Shown in pieces: positions 1 through 8,686 of a stretch of DNA of 64,000 bases; the first letter of the stretch is position 1, and each line of letters begins with the position of its first letter. The DNA comes from Pseudomonadota bacterium (GTDB lineage Bacteria > Myxococcota_A > Polyangia > Palsa-1104 > JAEUJZ01), in assembly GCA_035328405.1 (NCBI GenBank), contig DAOLIT010000012.1:35-64034 (forward strand). Direction: 5' to 3'. A model generated the notes under the pieces. It was given only the letters and a program-made list of their open reading frames with translations, was not told the origin of the DNA and searched no databases. The position numbers and the translations under genes are program-made.

Positions 1-235
1 TGTTCACCTGATCAAACCCTTCCGCCCGCCGTGCAAACCCCTCGTTACGCCGTGCAAACCAGTTTGATCACCTGATCAAACCCTTCCGCCCGCTGGGCGA
101 ACCCCTCGGCCAGCCGGGCGAACCGGTTTGTTCACCTGATCAAACCCTTCCGCCCGCCGTGCAAACCCCTCGTCACGCCGGGCGAACCAGTTTGATCACC
201 TGATCAAACCCCTCGTTGCGCAAACCGGTTTGATC
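1..235. repeat. Tandem array of a ~60-bp unit, about 4 copies. Each unit has a perfect palindrome GTTTGATCAcCTGATCAAAC and two GC(C/T)G(T/G)GC(A/G)AACC half-sites. The array may continue upstream of the window.
   Basis: Direct reading. Units start near 1, 61, 125 and 185 with minor variants. The palindrome recurs at about 6, 66, 130 and 190. Confidence 0.85.
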
Positions 236-313
236 ACTGCCACCGGCGGCATTCTTGCGAGCGTTTCCAGATTCATGGCAATGTCGCCCTCTCATTTCAT
301 AAGAGAAGGTTCA

Positions 314-1348
314 ATGCCACCGTCGAGCCAAATGGAGACCCAAAAGGACCCAGCCATGAGTGCTTCTATGCTTCGCGTGGCCTATGATGGCCCAGCGTTG
401 CGCGACGGACGCATGGACGTTCGCGATCTGGCACCCGCCTTGCTCTCGCTTGGAACTGCATTTCAAGAAGCCAACAAAGTTCTGCATGGCGATAAAGCTG
501 TTGTGCGTGTGCTTGTGCGCGCTGAGTTTCACCCTGGATCATTTGAAATAGCTCTTGATATTACACAAACATGGCCAGCCATAGTTCTTGCTCTTTTCTC
601 TGGCAATGTATCTTCTGGGGCTGCAAATCTCATTGAAATAATGGGATTTGCCAAGGGAACTGTTTATACTGGCTACAATACAGTCCTTGGGCTCATAAAG
701 AAGCTAAGAGGGCGAGTACCAAAGAGTGTTACAGTCATCCAAGATGGCAATATAAAGATAGAAGTAGATGACGAATATATCATTATAAAGAAACCTGTTT
801 TCGATGTGTTTAATGACATGAAGGTGCGTACAGCGATACACGATGCGATGCGCCCTATTTGCTCTGGCGGAATTGAGCGTTTTGAGGTGCGAGATCCTGC
901 TTATCGCCTGGAATCGCATGCTGCTGAGCAGGTAGGTTTCCCGTCTGTCATTGAGAGCGTCAGTCGCGAAGATCTGCCGGCCCTGGTACCGCCAGAGCCC
1001 ACCGCTGCGCAACCCCAAGAACAGTTGCCGCCATCCACGCGCCAAATGATGCTCACCCTGGTCTCTGTCACATTTAGAGAAGGCAATAAATGGCGATTTT
1101 GGGATGGGCAAAGCAATCTCATCGCTGAAGTTACAGACCCCAACTTCCTGCGTCAGATTGAGGCGCGAGAAATCAATTTTGCCAAGGATGATATGCTCAT
1201 CTGTAATGTCACCACCAGGCAATCCGCCGGCCCTCATGGGCTTAAGACAGACCATGAAATTACAAATGTAGCTAAACATATACACTTGCCACGACAAATG
1301 GCGCTACCGATTACTCCATCAACAAACGGTCCAAATCCAACCAAATAG
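314..1348 (+). CDS. Hypothetical two-domain protein with a Pro/Gln linker. AT-rich, atypical composition and no recognisable family.
   Basis: ORF 230..1348. Best start is ATG 314, with GAGAAGG 5 nt upstream. Nucleotides 530-900 are markedly AT-rich relative to the rest of the window. Confidence 0.55.
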   Translation: MPPSSQMETQKDPAMSASMLRVAYDGPALRDGRMDVRDLAPALLSLGTAFQEANKVLHGDKAVVRVLVRAEFHPGSFEIALDITQTWPAIVLALFSGNVSSGAANLIEIMGFAKGTVYTGYNTVLGLIKKLRGRVPKSVTVIQDGNIKIEVDDEYIIIKKPVFDVFNDMKVRTAIHDAMRPICSGGIERFEVRDPAYRLESHAAEQVGFPSVIESVSREDLPALVPPEPTAAQPQEQLPPSTRQMMLTLVSVTFREGNKWRFWDGQSNLIAEVTDPNFLRQIEAREINFAKDDMLICNVTTRQSAGPHGLKTDHEITNVAKHIHLPRQMALPITPSTNGPNPTK

Positions 1349-1380
1349 CGTAAATCGCGCAGTTGGTTGGTTCCCAGCCA

Positions 1381-1440
1381 TCCGGCAGAGCCAAGCGCCA
1401 GCTGGGCGAACCCCTCGTTGCGCTGGGCAAGCCGGTTTGA
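1381..1440. repeat. Solitary degenerate copy of the upstream 60-bp repeat half-sites (GCTGGGCGAACCCCTCGTTGCGCTGGGCAAGCCGGTTTGATC), just 3' of the orphan gene.
   Basis: Sequence similarity to units at 61-125. Confidence 0.7.
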
Positions 1441-1502
1441 TCGGGTACACGAGGACAAAAACGGCTTGCGTGCGCAGGGGGGACCGTGCCCAAAGTGGGG
1501 GC

Positions 1503-2711
1503 ATGTCCTCGCTGTCGGCCTATCACCGCCGTCTGTTTGTCTTTCTGTCGGTCGCGTCGTTTTTCGAGGGCTTCGACTACTACGCCCTGGCGCAACTTCT
1601 GCCGGAAATTCGCGCGGCGTTTTCGCTGTCGGTGTCGCAGGGCACACAGCTCGCGAGTTTTGTGAACCTGGGCATGGTGCTGTCGTTTTTTTTGGCGCGG
1701 CAGGCGGACCGGTTCGGGCGCAGCCGGCTGCTCGTGTGGACGCTTTCGGGGTACATGGCGTGTACGGGGCTGTCGGCGCTGGCTCAGACGGCGTGGCAGT
1801 TTGGGCTGTGTCAACTGCTGGCGCGGCTGTTTCAATCGGCGGAAGTGGCGACGGTGATGGTGTTTGCCGCCGAGGAATTTCCGAAAGAACGCCGAGGCTT
1901 CGTGCTGGGCGTGATCCAGGGGCAAAGCGCGCTCGGGGCGATTGTGTGCGCGGGAGTGACGCCGTTTTTGGTGGGGACACGGCTGGGGTTTCGGACGGTG
2001 TATGTGGTCGGGAGCCTGCCGCTGCTGTTGGTGCTGTACCTGCGCCGGAATGTGCGAGATTCGGCGCGGTTTCAGCCCGTTGACAAAAGCCAGCGCCTGC
2101 CCCTTTTGCGGCTTGTGCAGAGCCGGTATCTGCCCAGGCTGCTTTTGCTGTCGGCGATTTGGGCGGGGACGATGTTTTGCACGCAAAGCGCGATTCTGTT
2201 TTTCAAGGATTTCGCGGTCACGGTGCGGGGTTTTACAAACGAACAGGTGGCGCACATGCTGACGATTGCGGCGGCGGGGTCGTTGCCGCTTGGTTTTGGG
2301 GTGGGAAAGGTGCTGGACGTGCTGGGGCGGCGGCTGTCCACGGTGCTGGTGTTCGGTCTGTCGATCGGCGGACTTTGCATCAGTTACACGGACGCGAGCG
2401 GGCCAGTTCTGACGGTGGGGCTGTGGCTTGGGATTGCGGGGACGACGTGCATGTTGGCTGTGCTCCAGACGCTGACGACAGAGCTTTTCCCGACGCACAT
2501 CCGGGCCGAGGCGTTCGGGGTGGCGGGCAATTTGATCGGAAAGTTTGCGGGGGTGGTGTCGCCGCTTTGTGTGGGCATGCTGAGCCTGCACATCGGATAC
2601 GGGCGGGCGGTGCAGGCGACGGCGCTGGGGCCGTTTTTGGCGCTGGTTCTCATCCTTGTGTTCGTGACCGAAACCAAGGGGAAGGACCTGGACGAGACCT
2701 CGGCTTTGTAG
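1503..2711 (+). CDS. MFS transporter
   Basis: 12-TM-like hydrophobic pattern. GRxxL loop motif (ADRFGRSRLL). ATG 1503 is preferred over the ORF-track start at 1437. Confidence 0.75.
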   Translation: MSSLSAYHRRLFVFLSVASFFEGFDYYALAQLLPEIRAAFSLSVSQGTQLASFVNLGMVLSFFLARQADRFGRSRLLVWTLSGYMACTGLSALAQTAWQFGLCQLLARLFQSAEVATVMVFAAEEFPKERRGFVLGVIQGQSALGAIVCAGVTPFLVGTRLGFRTVYVVGSLPLLLVLYLRRNVRDSARFQPVDKSQRLPLLRLVQSRYLPRLLLLSAIWAGTMFCTQSAILFFKDFAVTVRGFTNEQVAHMLTIAAAGSLPLGFGVGKVLDVLGRRLSTVLVFGLSIGGLCISYTDASGPVLTVGLWLGIAGTTCMLAVLQTLTTELFPTHIRAEAFGVAGNLIGKFAGVVSPLCVGMLSLHIGYGRAVQATALGPFLALVLILVFVTETKGKDLDETSAL

Positions 2712-2781
2712 ACGGATGTTTCGGAAAACGGGGGCGACGTGCGTGATACGATGGCCGAGATTTGGCGACAGGAGTTTCCCG

Positions 2782-3234
2782 ATGCAGCTTGACAAGCTCC
2801 GAGAGCAGCTTTTGGAACAACACGAAGCGTTGCGCAACCGGATTTCAGAGGTGGCGGCGCTGGCGGCGCGCCCACGAACAGGCGACGAAGCCAAACTCTT
2901 GCTAGAGAAAGTGGAACAGCTTGTGGCGGCGCTCGAAGAACACAACCTGTTCGAGGAAACGAGCCTCAAAGGCATCCTTGGGACGCTGGATTCGTGGGGT
3001 CCGCAGCGCGAAAACCTGATGGACCTGCACCACATACAGCAGCACCGTCTGGCACTGACGGCGCTTGCGCAGACGGCGTCGCACAGCAGCGGCCTGGGCC
3101 AGCCCGACCAAGGCCAACCGTTGCAGCACGTCCTCCATTCCCTGCTGGAACACATGCAGCAAGAGGAACGCGAGGTGCTTCACAAAAATGTGCTGCGCGA
3201 CGACGTAATCACCGCCGACCCCTTCGGCGGCTGA
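2782..3234 (+). CDS. Hemerythrin-like (HHE cation-binding) domain protein
   Basis: Repeated H..HE/H...E motifs (LEQHEAL, LEEHNLFEE, HHIQQH, LEHMQQEE). AGGAG 8 nt upstream of ATG 2782. Confidence 0.45.
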   Translation: MQLDKLREQLLEQHEALRNRISEVAALAARPRTGDEAKLLLEKVEQLVAALEEHNLFEETSLKGILGTLDSWGPQRENLMDLHHIQQHRLALTALAQTASHSSGLGQPDQGQPLQHVLHSLLEHMQQEEREVLHKNVLRDDVITADPFGG

Positions 3235-3260
3235 CCGCACTTGGGGAAGTGGCATACGCG

Positions 3261-4643
3261 ATGGCGAGTGGAAAGAAAGACGCGGACGTTTCTTCGCCGG
3301 ATTTGGCACCGGTTTCTGCTCCGGCTGGGCGGGTTCGACGGGGGAAACCGATTTCGGTCAAACCGTTGCGGGAGCGGGGTTTTTCGGCAAAACGCGTTGC
3401 GGCCACGCCCGGAACCGACACGCTTTCGGCAGGGCAGCAGGGGGACCCGGAACCCCGCGATGGGGCGTCTGCGGACGCGGTGGCGCACTATTTTCAGGAA
3501 CTCAAACGCCTGCCGGTGTTGTCGCCTGCGGCAGAGTACGAGCTGGCGCGCCGCATCAGCATTTTGGAAGAGGTGTTGTGGGTCCACATGTTGTCTTTGG
3601 CCGCGCTCGTGCCGCACGTGTTGGAGGTGCTGACGGACTCGCTGGGTCGCGTTCCGCCGGAGCACGCGGCGCTGCGCCAGGCGGCGCGAGAGGCTTGCGG
3701 GGGCGACCCGAACGCGCCCAAGGCGCTGGCGCTTTTGGCGGGACGGTGTGCGACGAAGCTGCGGCAGCTCGACCTGGACCGGCTGCTCGTGGGCGGCGTG
3801 CTCCAGGACATCCGCTCGCTCGACGAGGCACGCCAAGCCAATACGCCGTCTGCTGCCTCGGAGATTTCGGACAAGAGCTGGCAAAACTATGTCCAGGGTA
3901 CGTTTGTCCTCGAACGGCTGATTGCGCGGGCAAAAGAAGACTTTGTAACGGCGAACCTGCGGCTGGTGGTTTCGATCGCGCGGCGCTTTTTTAAGAAAGA
4001 CCAACTGCCGCTCGCGGATCTGATCCAGGAAGGCAACTTGGGCCTCATCAAAGCCGTCGAGCGTTTCGATTACCGGCGGGGATTTCGTTTTTCGACGTAT
4101 GCGGCTTGGTGGATTCGGCACGCGATTTCGCACGGCGTGGCGGACAAATCTCGCGTCGTGCGGCTGCCGGTTCACATGCTTTCGGACCTGCAAAACATCG
4201 TGCGCCACAAGCGTCGCATCGAACGGGAAACGGGCCGGACGCCGACGCAAGAGGAATTGGCCCAGGCGACGCGCCTGCCCGTGGAAAAAATCGCCAAACT
4301 CGACCTGTCGCTGATGGACGACGTGCTGTCGCTTGACCGGGATTTGTCCCGCGAACACGCAGGCACGTTCATCGAACAAATCGAAGACGAAACGGCGGCC
4401 CCAAGCGTCAGCGACCGTCTGATCAGCGAAGCGATGCTGCGCGAAGTCCAGAACCTGCTCGGCAGCCTGAGCCCGATGGAGGCGGACATTTTGCGGCTGC
4501 GTTTCGGACTGACCGGCGATCCCGAATTGACGTTCTCGGACATCGCCGACAAATACGATCTGTCCAAAGAACGCATCCGCCAGATTCAGGAACGCGCGCT
4601 GGACCGGTTGCGCCGGTCGATGGCCCGCAAAGACCTTTTGTAG
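3261..4643 (+). CDS. RNA polymerase sigma-70 family factor (RpoD-like group 1/2) with a non-conserved insert between regions 1.2 and 2
   Basis: Region 1.2 (YFQELKRLPVLSPAAEYELARRI). Region 2 (LRLVVSIARRF...DLIQEGNLGLIKAVERFDYRRGFRFSTYAAWWIR). Region 4 (LSPMEADILRLRFGL...TFSDIADKYDLSKERIRQIQERAL). Confidence 0.85.
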   Translation: MASGKKDADVSSPDLAPVSAPAGRVRRGKPISVKPLRERGFSAKRVAATPGTDTLSAGQQGDPEPRDGASADAVAHYFQELKRLPVLSPAAEYELARRISILEEVLWVHMLSLAALVPHVLEVLTDSLGRVPPEHAALRQAAREACGGDPNAPKALALLAGRCATKLRQLDLDRLLVGGVLQDIRSLDEARQANTPSAASEISDKSWQNYVQGTFVLERLIARAKEDFVTANLRLVVSIARRFFKKDQLPLADLIQEGNLGLIKAVERFDYRRGFRFSTYAAWWIRHAISHGVADKSRVVRLPVHMLSDLQNIVRHKRRIERETGRTPTQEELAQATRLPVEKIAKLDLSLMDDVLSLDRDLSREHAGTFIEQIEDETAAPSVSDRLISEAMLREVQNLLGSLSPMEADILRLRFGLTGDPELTFSDIADKYDLSKERIRQIQERALDRLRRSMARKDLL

Positions 4644-4663
4644 GCGGGAAGGACGAAAGCAGG

Positions 4664-6274
4664 ATGCAACCGGGCGACTGGCTGAACGGGCAAATCCGGC
4701 TTCTGTCGTGGCTCGGTGAGGAGTTTTTCGGCGAAAGTTTCATGGCCGAGCAGCGCCCGATGTCCCGGCGCGTGGTCGTCAAATTTTTCAAAAGCGCGCC
4801 TTTTGGTTCCCCGGACTATCTGGACCGGTTCCGCCACACGGCTGAGCGGGCGATGCTGCTTCACCACCGGCACTTGGCGTCGGTGCATGCGTTCGGCGTG
4901 CTCGACAAGCCGTTTGTGCCGACGGCGCTGCGTTCTGGCGGCGAACCGTCCCTGGCATTCGGGGCCAACGCCACGGCCAGCGCAAGCACAGGGGCGGACG
5001 GCGGGATTCCGTGGATTGCGACCGACCCTCTGTCCGGCGTGGATTTGCGTTCGTTTTTGGCGGACGGAATCGCGCCCGCTGCGCTGCAAGCTCTGCTGCT
5101 GCCTGTCGCCGATGCCCTCGATCAGGCCGCTGCGCTGGGCCTTTCGCACGGCGAGCTTTTGCCCCAAAACCTCTATTTAGAAGAGCGGCCCGCGTTGCCT
5201 CCTCATCTGTGGTTGGTCGATTTGGGAGTGGCGAAGTTGTTGTCGCGTGACCCGCTCGATGTACCGCTGTCTCCGCAAAGCCTCGCGTACCGAAGCCCGG
5301 AGCAATGCGCCGACGGGCGGGCGTGTTTTCCTTCGTCGGACCGGTACGCGCTTGGAATCGTTCTGTTTGAGGCAGTCGCCGGGCGTCCTCCGTTTGTTTC
5401 GCGCGAGCCGCACACGTTGCTGCGCGAACACCTGACGAGTCCGTTGCCGCCGCTGCGAACGCTTTTGCCAAACCTGCGGAATGCCGAGGCGCTCGATGCT
5501 TTTTTTGTGCGGGCGCTCGCCAAACAACCCGAAGCGCGTTTTCCGTCGGCCATGGCGCTGGTCGAAGAATTTGGTCGCGCGCTTCATCCGGTTCCAAAAC
5601 GGGTGTTCCGCGAGGGCGCACGGAGGCGTTCTCCGCGTTTGTATCGGATTTCCCGCAAAGACCAGCCGCACCACATGGTGGATGTGGTCGTCGGGGTACG
5701 AGCCGTGCTCGGCAAGCAATCCGAATGCGAGGTCGTATGCCAAGCATTGCCTTCGCCCGATCGGGATGCCCTGACCGCCGCGATCAGCCGAGAACACGCC
5801 GTGCTGGTGTGGCTCGACGACCGGCTGCATGTACTCGACCAAAGCAGTCACGGCACGTTTGTCAACGACAAGCGAACGGGGTCGCGCCTTTGGCCCCTTC
5901 CTGACGAAGCCGAGCTGCGTTTGGGCGAACACTTGCAATTGCAAGTCCGGCTCGTTCCCAAGACGCCGGGTGCAACAAGCCCCGATCGCGAAATGGCCGG
6001 AGTCCTGCTCACCCGGACAGACCCGTATGCCCTGGGGGCCCCGCCCACGTTTCTTCTGTGGTCTCCCCTCGAGACCAGCGCGTCCCCTGTCGCAGAGATC
6101 GGCGGCCCCATGCGCCTGGGACAATGGTCTGTGTCGCAACAAGAACTGTGGTGGAGCGGACACCCCTCAGTCGCTTGGTCCCGCGCCGACAAATCCCTCG
6201 TGCTTGGGGCTGGCCCCTTGCGACACGGCGATGTCCTCCGCTTGGGGGAAATCGAAGTCCTTGTCGAACATTAG
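4664..6274 (+). CDS. Ser/Thr protein kinase-like protein (probable pseudokinase) with a C-terminal FHA domain
   Basis: Kinase fold is recognisable (VVVKFFK, DLGVAKLL, YRSPEQ), but the catalytic loop reads LSHGELLPQNL instead of HRDxKxxN. C-terminal FHA signature is REHAVLVW...SSHGTFVND. Confidence 0.65.
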   Translation: MQPGDWLNGQIRLLSWLGEEFFGESFMAEQRPMSRRVVVKFFKSAPFGSPDYLDRFRHTAERAMLLHHRHLASVHAFGVLDKPFVPTALRSGGEPSLAFGANATASASTGADGGIPWIATDPLSGVDLRSFLADGIAPAALQALLLPVADALDQAAALGLSHGELLPQNLYLEERPALPPHLWLVDLGVAKLLSRDPLDVPLSPQSLAYRSPEQCADGRACFPSSDRYALGIVLFEAVAGRPPFVSREPHTLLREHLTSPLPPLRTLLPNLRNAEALDAFFVRALAKQPEARFPSAMALVEEFGRALHPVPKRVFREGARRRSPRLYRISRKDQPHHMVDVVVGVRAVLGKQSECEVVCQALPSPDRDALTAAISREHAVLVWLDDRLHVLDQSSHGTFVNDKRTGSRLWPLPDEAELRLGEHLQLQVRLVPKTPGATSPDREMAGVLLTRTDPYALGAPPTFLLWSPLETSASPVAEIGGPMRLGQWSVSQQELWWSGHPSVAWSRADKSLVLGAGPLRHGDVLRLGEIEVLVEH

Positions 6275-6340
6275 GAGGTGGGCTTTTTGAAGGAAGTCTT
6301 CCCTATGCAGGGACATTCTGCGGATGCGTGAGTCCATCGC

Positions 6341-7009
6341 TCATTCCGCATAGACACCCAGCGTGCTCGCGCGCTCTGCGATAAACTCGCAAACCGCGTC
6401 CCCTTTTGCGATGCAGAGGGTTTCCCTGGCGATGAAACTGTCCTCTTCGCAAAACAGACGACGGTAGGCCGCATCGGACAATTCCGGCGCTTGCGTGATG
6501 TCTCCCACATACAGCAAATTCATGAGGCCTGCGACCCCTCCGCATGCCAGAAAACAGCGCCCTTGATCAGCTCGAGGATAGTCGCGCAGCCAACCGGTCG
6601 CTTCATACGAATCGTTCACACGAACCACGAGTCGTTCGGAGGGAACCAGCGACTCAACAGACCACCGTCCCCATCCCAAACAATTCACGATCGCCACAAG
6701 ACCCAGCAACCAATCCTCACGGGTTTCCAGCATCGGGCGGACGACTGCATCCCATTCAGCGGATTTCATGATTCCGCCAAACGTATGAAAGGCACAAACA
6801 TGCCCCGATTCAATCAACAGATAGCGCCCATCTTCGACAAGTGCGGGGTCCCGTTCCAGACGGCGGAGTGTGGCGAACGAGATGCGGTTGTAGTAGTCCG
6901 CCAGGTGTTTGGTCAGATACAGGCCAAACGCCGGAATCAGTCCTTCCTCGTTGCCCGAAAAGGCCAGATTCGAGATCGCTTCGATGATGGCTGCTTCGTC
7001 AATCGCCAT
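6341..7009 (-). CDS. V4R (4-vinyl reductase/Bet3-like) domain protein
   Basis: C-terminal CFLACGGVAG...CIAKGDAVCEFI matches the V4R Cys pattern. Its ATG overlaps the stop of the upstream gene (TGATG at 7007-7011). Confidence 0.55.
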   Translation of the reverse strand: MAIDEAAIIEAISNLAFSGNEEGLIPAFGLYLTKHLADYYNRISFATLRRLERDPALVEDGRYLLIESGHVCAFHTFGGIMKSAEWDAVVRPMLETREDWLLGLVAIVNCLGWGRWSVESLVPSERLVVRVNDSYEATGWLRDYPRADQGRCFLACGGVAGLMNLLYVGDITQAPELSDAAYRRLFCEEDSFIARETLCIAKGDAVCEFIAERASTLGVYAE

Positions 7010-7548
7010 CACAACACCTCCAGCTCGATTTGGCAGGAGTCGGTGGGATTCTCGGGGCCTTCGCAAGCGATGCAGCGCGTTTCTTCTCCGAATACACGGT
7101 CTGGATGAATACCCAGTGCAGCGACGAGCGCACCGATCCAAAATCCGGTTGCAAAGTGACAGACAGGGGTCTTGGCTCGCCCCATTTTCAAATGCCAACC
7201 CAACGCATAGTGCGAGGTCGTCAGCGTGACAATTCCCCCAGCCGGCGTCAGTTGTGCAACCTCTGGATACCCGAAACCAAGCGCCATGAACATCTGTTGC
7301 GCGAAAGCAATTTTTGCCGAAAAAGAGAGTTTCCCCCGTTTTCGTTCTTCCTCGGAAAGGAGTTCCAGGAGGAGCAAATGAGAAGCCTCGCTGCTTGCGG
7401 CAACTTCGACTGTTTTTGCGTCTTTCTGAAGTGCGTCGGACACGGTCTGCTGCAAAAACAGATTGTAGTGATGGCAGTGAAAAACGATCCGGCGTCCACC
7501 GAGCAGAAGCAGATTCCGCTCTCGATCGAAACGGAGTGCCTGGGTCAT
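7009..7548 (-). CDS. V4R domain protein (paralogue of the downstream gene)
   Basis: C-terminal CHFATGFWIGAL...RCIACEGPENPTDSCQIE. The ORF track merged it into a 430-aa frame artefact. Confidence 0.55.
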   Translation of the reverse strand: MTQALRFDRERNLLLLGGRRIVFHCHHYNLFLQQTVSDALQKDAKTVEVAASSEASHLLLLELLSEEERKRGKLSFSAKIAFAQQMFMALGFGYPEVAQLTPAGGIVTLTTSHYALGWHLKMGRAKTPVCHFATGFWIGALVAALGIHPDRVFGEETRCIACEGPENPTDSCQIELEVL

Positions 7549-7745
7549 GACAGTTCCCCCTGCGACAGAATTTCTTTGAGCGCCCGTTCTGCGGCAGCAA
7601 CGGTCGCCGGATCGTCATCCAAAGTGGCAGCAAAACGCGAAAGGGGTTTCCCCACTTTCAGATTCAGTCTGGCCAGATTCACACTCGGGAGACCCTTGCT
7701 CCGGGTGCGAACCTGCTCGACGATCTCGACCAGACGTTTTCCCAT
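7545..7745 (-). CDS. Small hypothetical protein (66 aa, or 85 aa from the upstream ATG at 7802), translationally coupled to the V4R pair
   Basis: Its stop overlaps the ATG of the V4R gene (ATGA). GGGGG lies upstream of ATG 7745. Confidence 0.4.
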   Translation of the reverse strand: MGKRLVEIVEQVRTRSKGLPSVNLARLNLKVGKPLSRFAATLDDDPATVAAAERALKEILSQGELS

Positions 7746-7814
7746 GTAGGTGCCCCCAAAAACTGCCCTGTCAGGATGACGGAACCGCCTGTCGAAAGTC
7801 AACCTGCGCGCGGT

Positions 7815-8564
7815 TCAGCGGCTTGTGTAGATCCTGCAGGACGGAAGTTCTATGGCGGAAAGGTAGCCCCCTTTTCCACACGCGGTATCGAGGCCAATCA
7901 AGTCTCCGCGAAACCACACATCGGTAGGATCATCCAGAATTTTCGCGAACCAACTCAGGTGATCCATGGGAAGTTCTTTCGTGATCGTGTGGCCAAAACA
8001 GAGTCGCTTCCCTTTGTAATTCCGGTAAAAATCCGGCTCGCGACACCAGAGCAGATTTCGTGGACGGGAGTCCTCGGGATGAAACCAAGTGTCCCCCTCT
8101 CCATCGAGACCCGCGTGAACATAGATTCCGTGCTCGTCTTCGTAATAAAGAGGCAGCGTTTCGAGCCAAGTCCGCAGTTCTTGTGGAAACCACTTTTGCG
8201 GTGTCAAAAGCAGACCCGCCTGTTCGACTTCCGAAAGCTGTTCACAGTGAATCAGCGACTGCATGGCCGGAAAACACCCGTTGTCTGGACGCAGCAAAAA
8301 ACCGGGCTCCGGTTGCTTCAAACAACGCAGCCACGCTTCCTCGTGATTGCCCATCAGGGGAACTATCTTGGCCGGTACTTTTCCTTGCAAGGTCCAGACA
8401 ATTTCAAAGACGCGCGCGGAATCCGGCCCACGATCCATGTAGTCGCCCAGGAAAACCAACGTGTCGTCGCTGGTCATGGCTGGCAGGCGATCGAGCAAAC
8501 GCAGGAGATGTGAAGCCTCCCCATGAATGTCACCGATCACAAAAGTACTGCCCATCTTTGCCAT
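7815..8564 (-). CDS. PPP-family metallophosphoesterase (Ser/Thr protein phosphatase / ApaH-like)
   Basis: GDIHG, GDYMDRG and GNHE motifs. Confidence 0.8.
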   Translation of the reverse strand: MAKMGSTFVIGDIHGEASHLLRLLDRLPAMTSDDTLVFLGDYMDRGPDSARVFEIVWTLQGKVPAKIVPLMGNHEEAWLRCLKQPEPGFLLRPDNGCFPAMQSLIHCEQLSEVEQAGLLLTPQKWFPQELRTWLETLPLYYEDEHGIYVHAGLDGEGDTWFHPEDSRPRNLLWCREPDFYRNYKGKRLCFGHTITKELPMDHLSWFAKILDDPTDVWFRGDLIGLDTACGKGGYLSAIELPSCRIYTSR

Positions 8565-8686
8565 CCTATCGCGAGGGAATTGTGCTTTCACACCGTATTC
8601 TGAAGGGAGTTCATTCGTGGCTGCACACACTCACCCCCATTAGAGGCCACTGTCCCTCAAGTTTCGTCAGGCAAGATGGGTTTCGT

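Noticed and set aside
1-235. Possible CRISPR array
   Set aside because: The 'spacers' between the palindromes are themselves near-identical repeats of a ~12-bp half-site, and unit spacing is a constant 60 bp. This is a simple tandem repeat, not repeat/unique-spacer architecture.
1311-3155. 614-aa minus-strand ORF
   Set aside because: Extremely Arg/Pro/His-rich, and antisense to the well-supported MFS and hemerythrin-like genes. Typical GC-driven antisense artefact.
3180-4379. 399-aa minus-strand ORF
   Set aside because: Antisense to the sigma-70 gene with Arg-rich, low-complexity composition.
6275-6340. Possible hairpin terminator between the convergent FHA-kinase and V4R genes
   Set aside because: Only an imperfect inverted repeat (GCGGATG...CATTCCGC) with no U-tract. 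Too weak to call.
6341-7633. Single 430-aa ORF from the track
   Set aside because: The N-terminal 200 aa are Arg-rich junk in a different frame from the real upstream gene. The locus resolves into two overlapping V4R genes (6341-7009 and 7009-7548).
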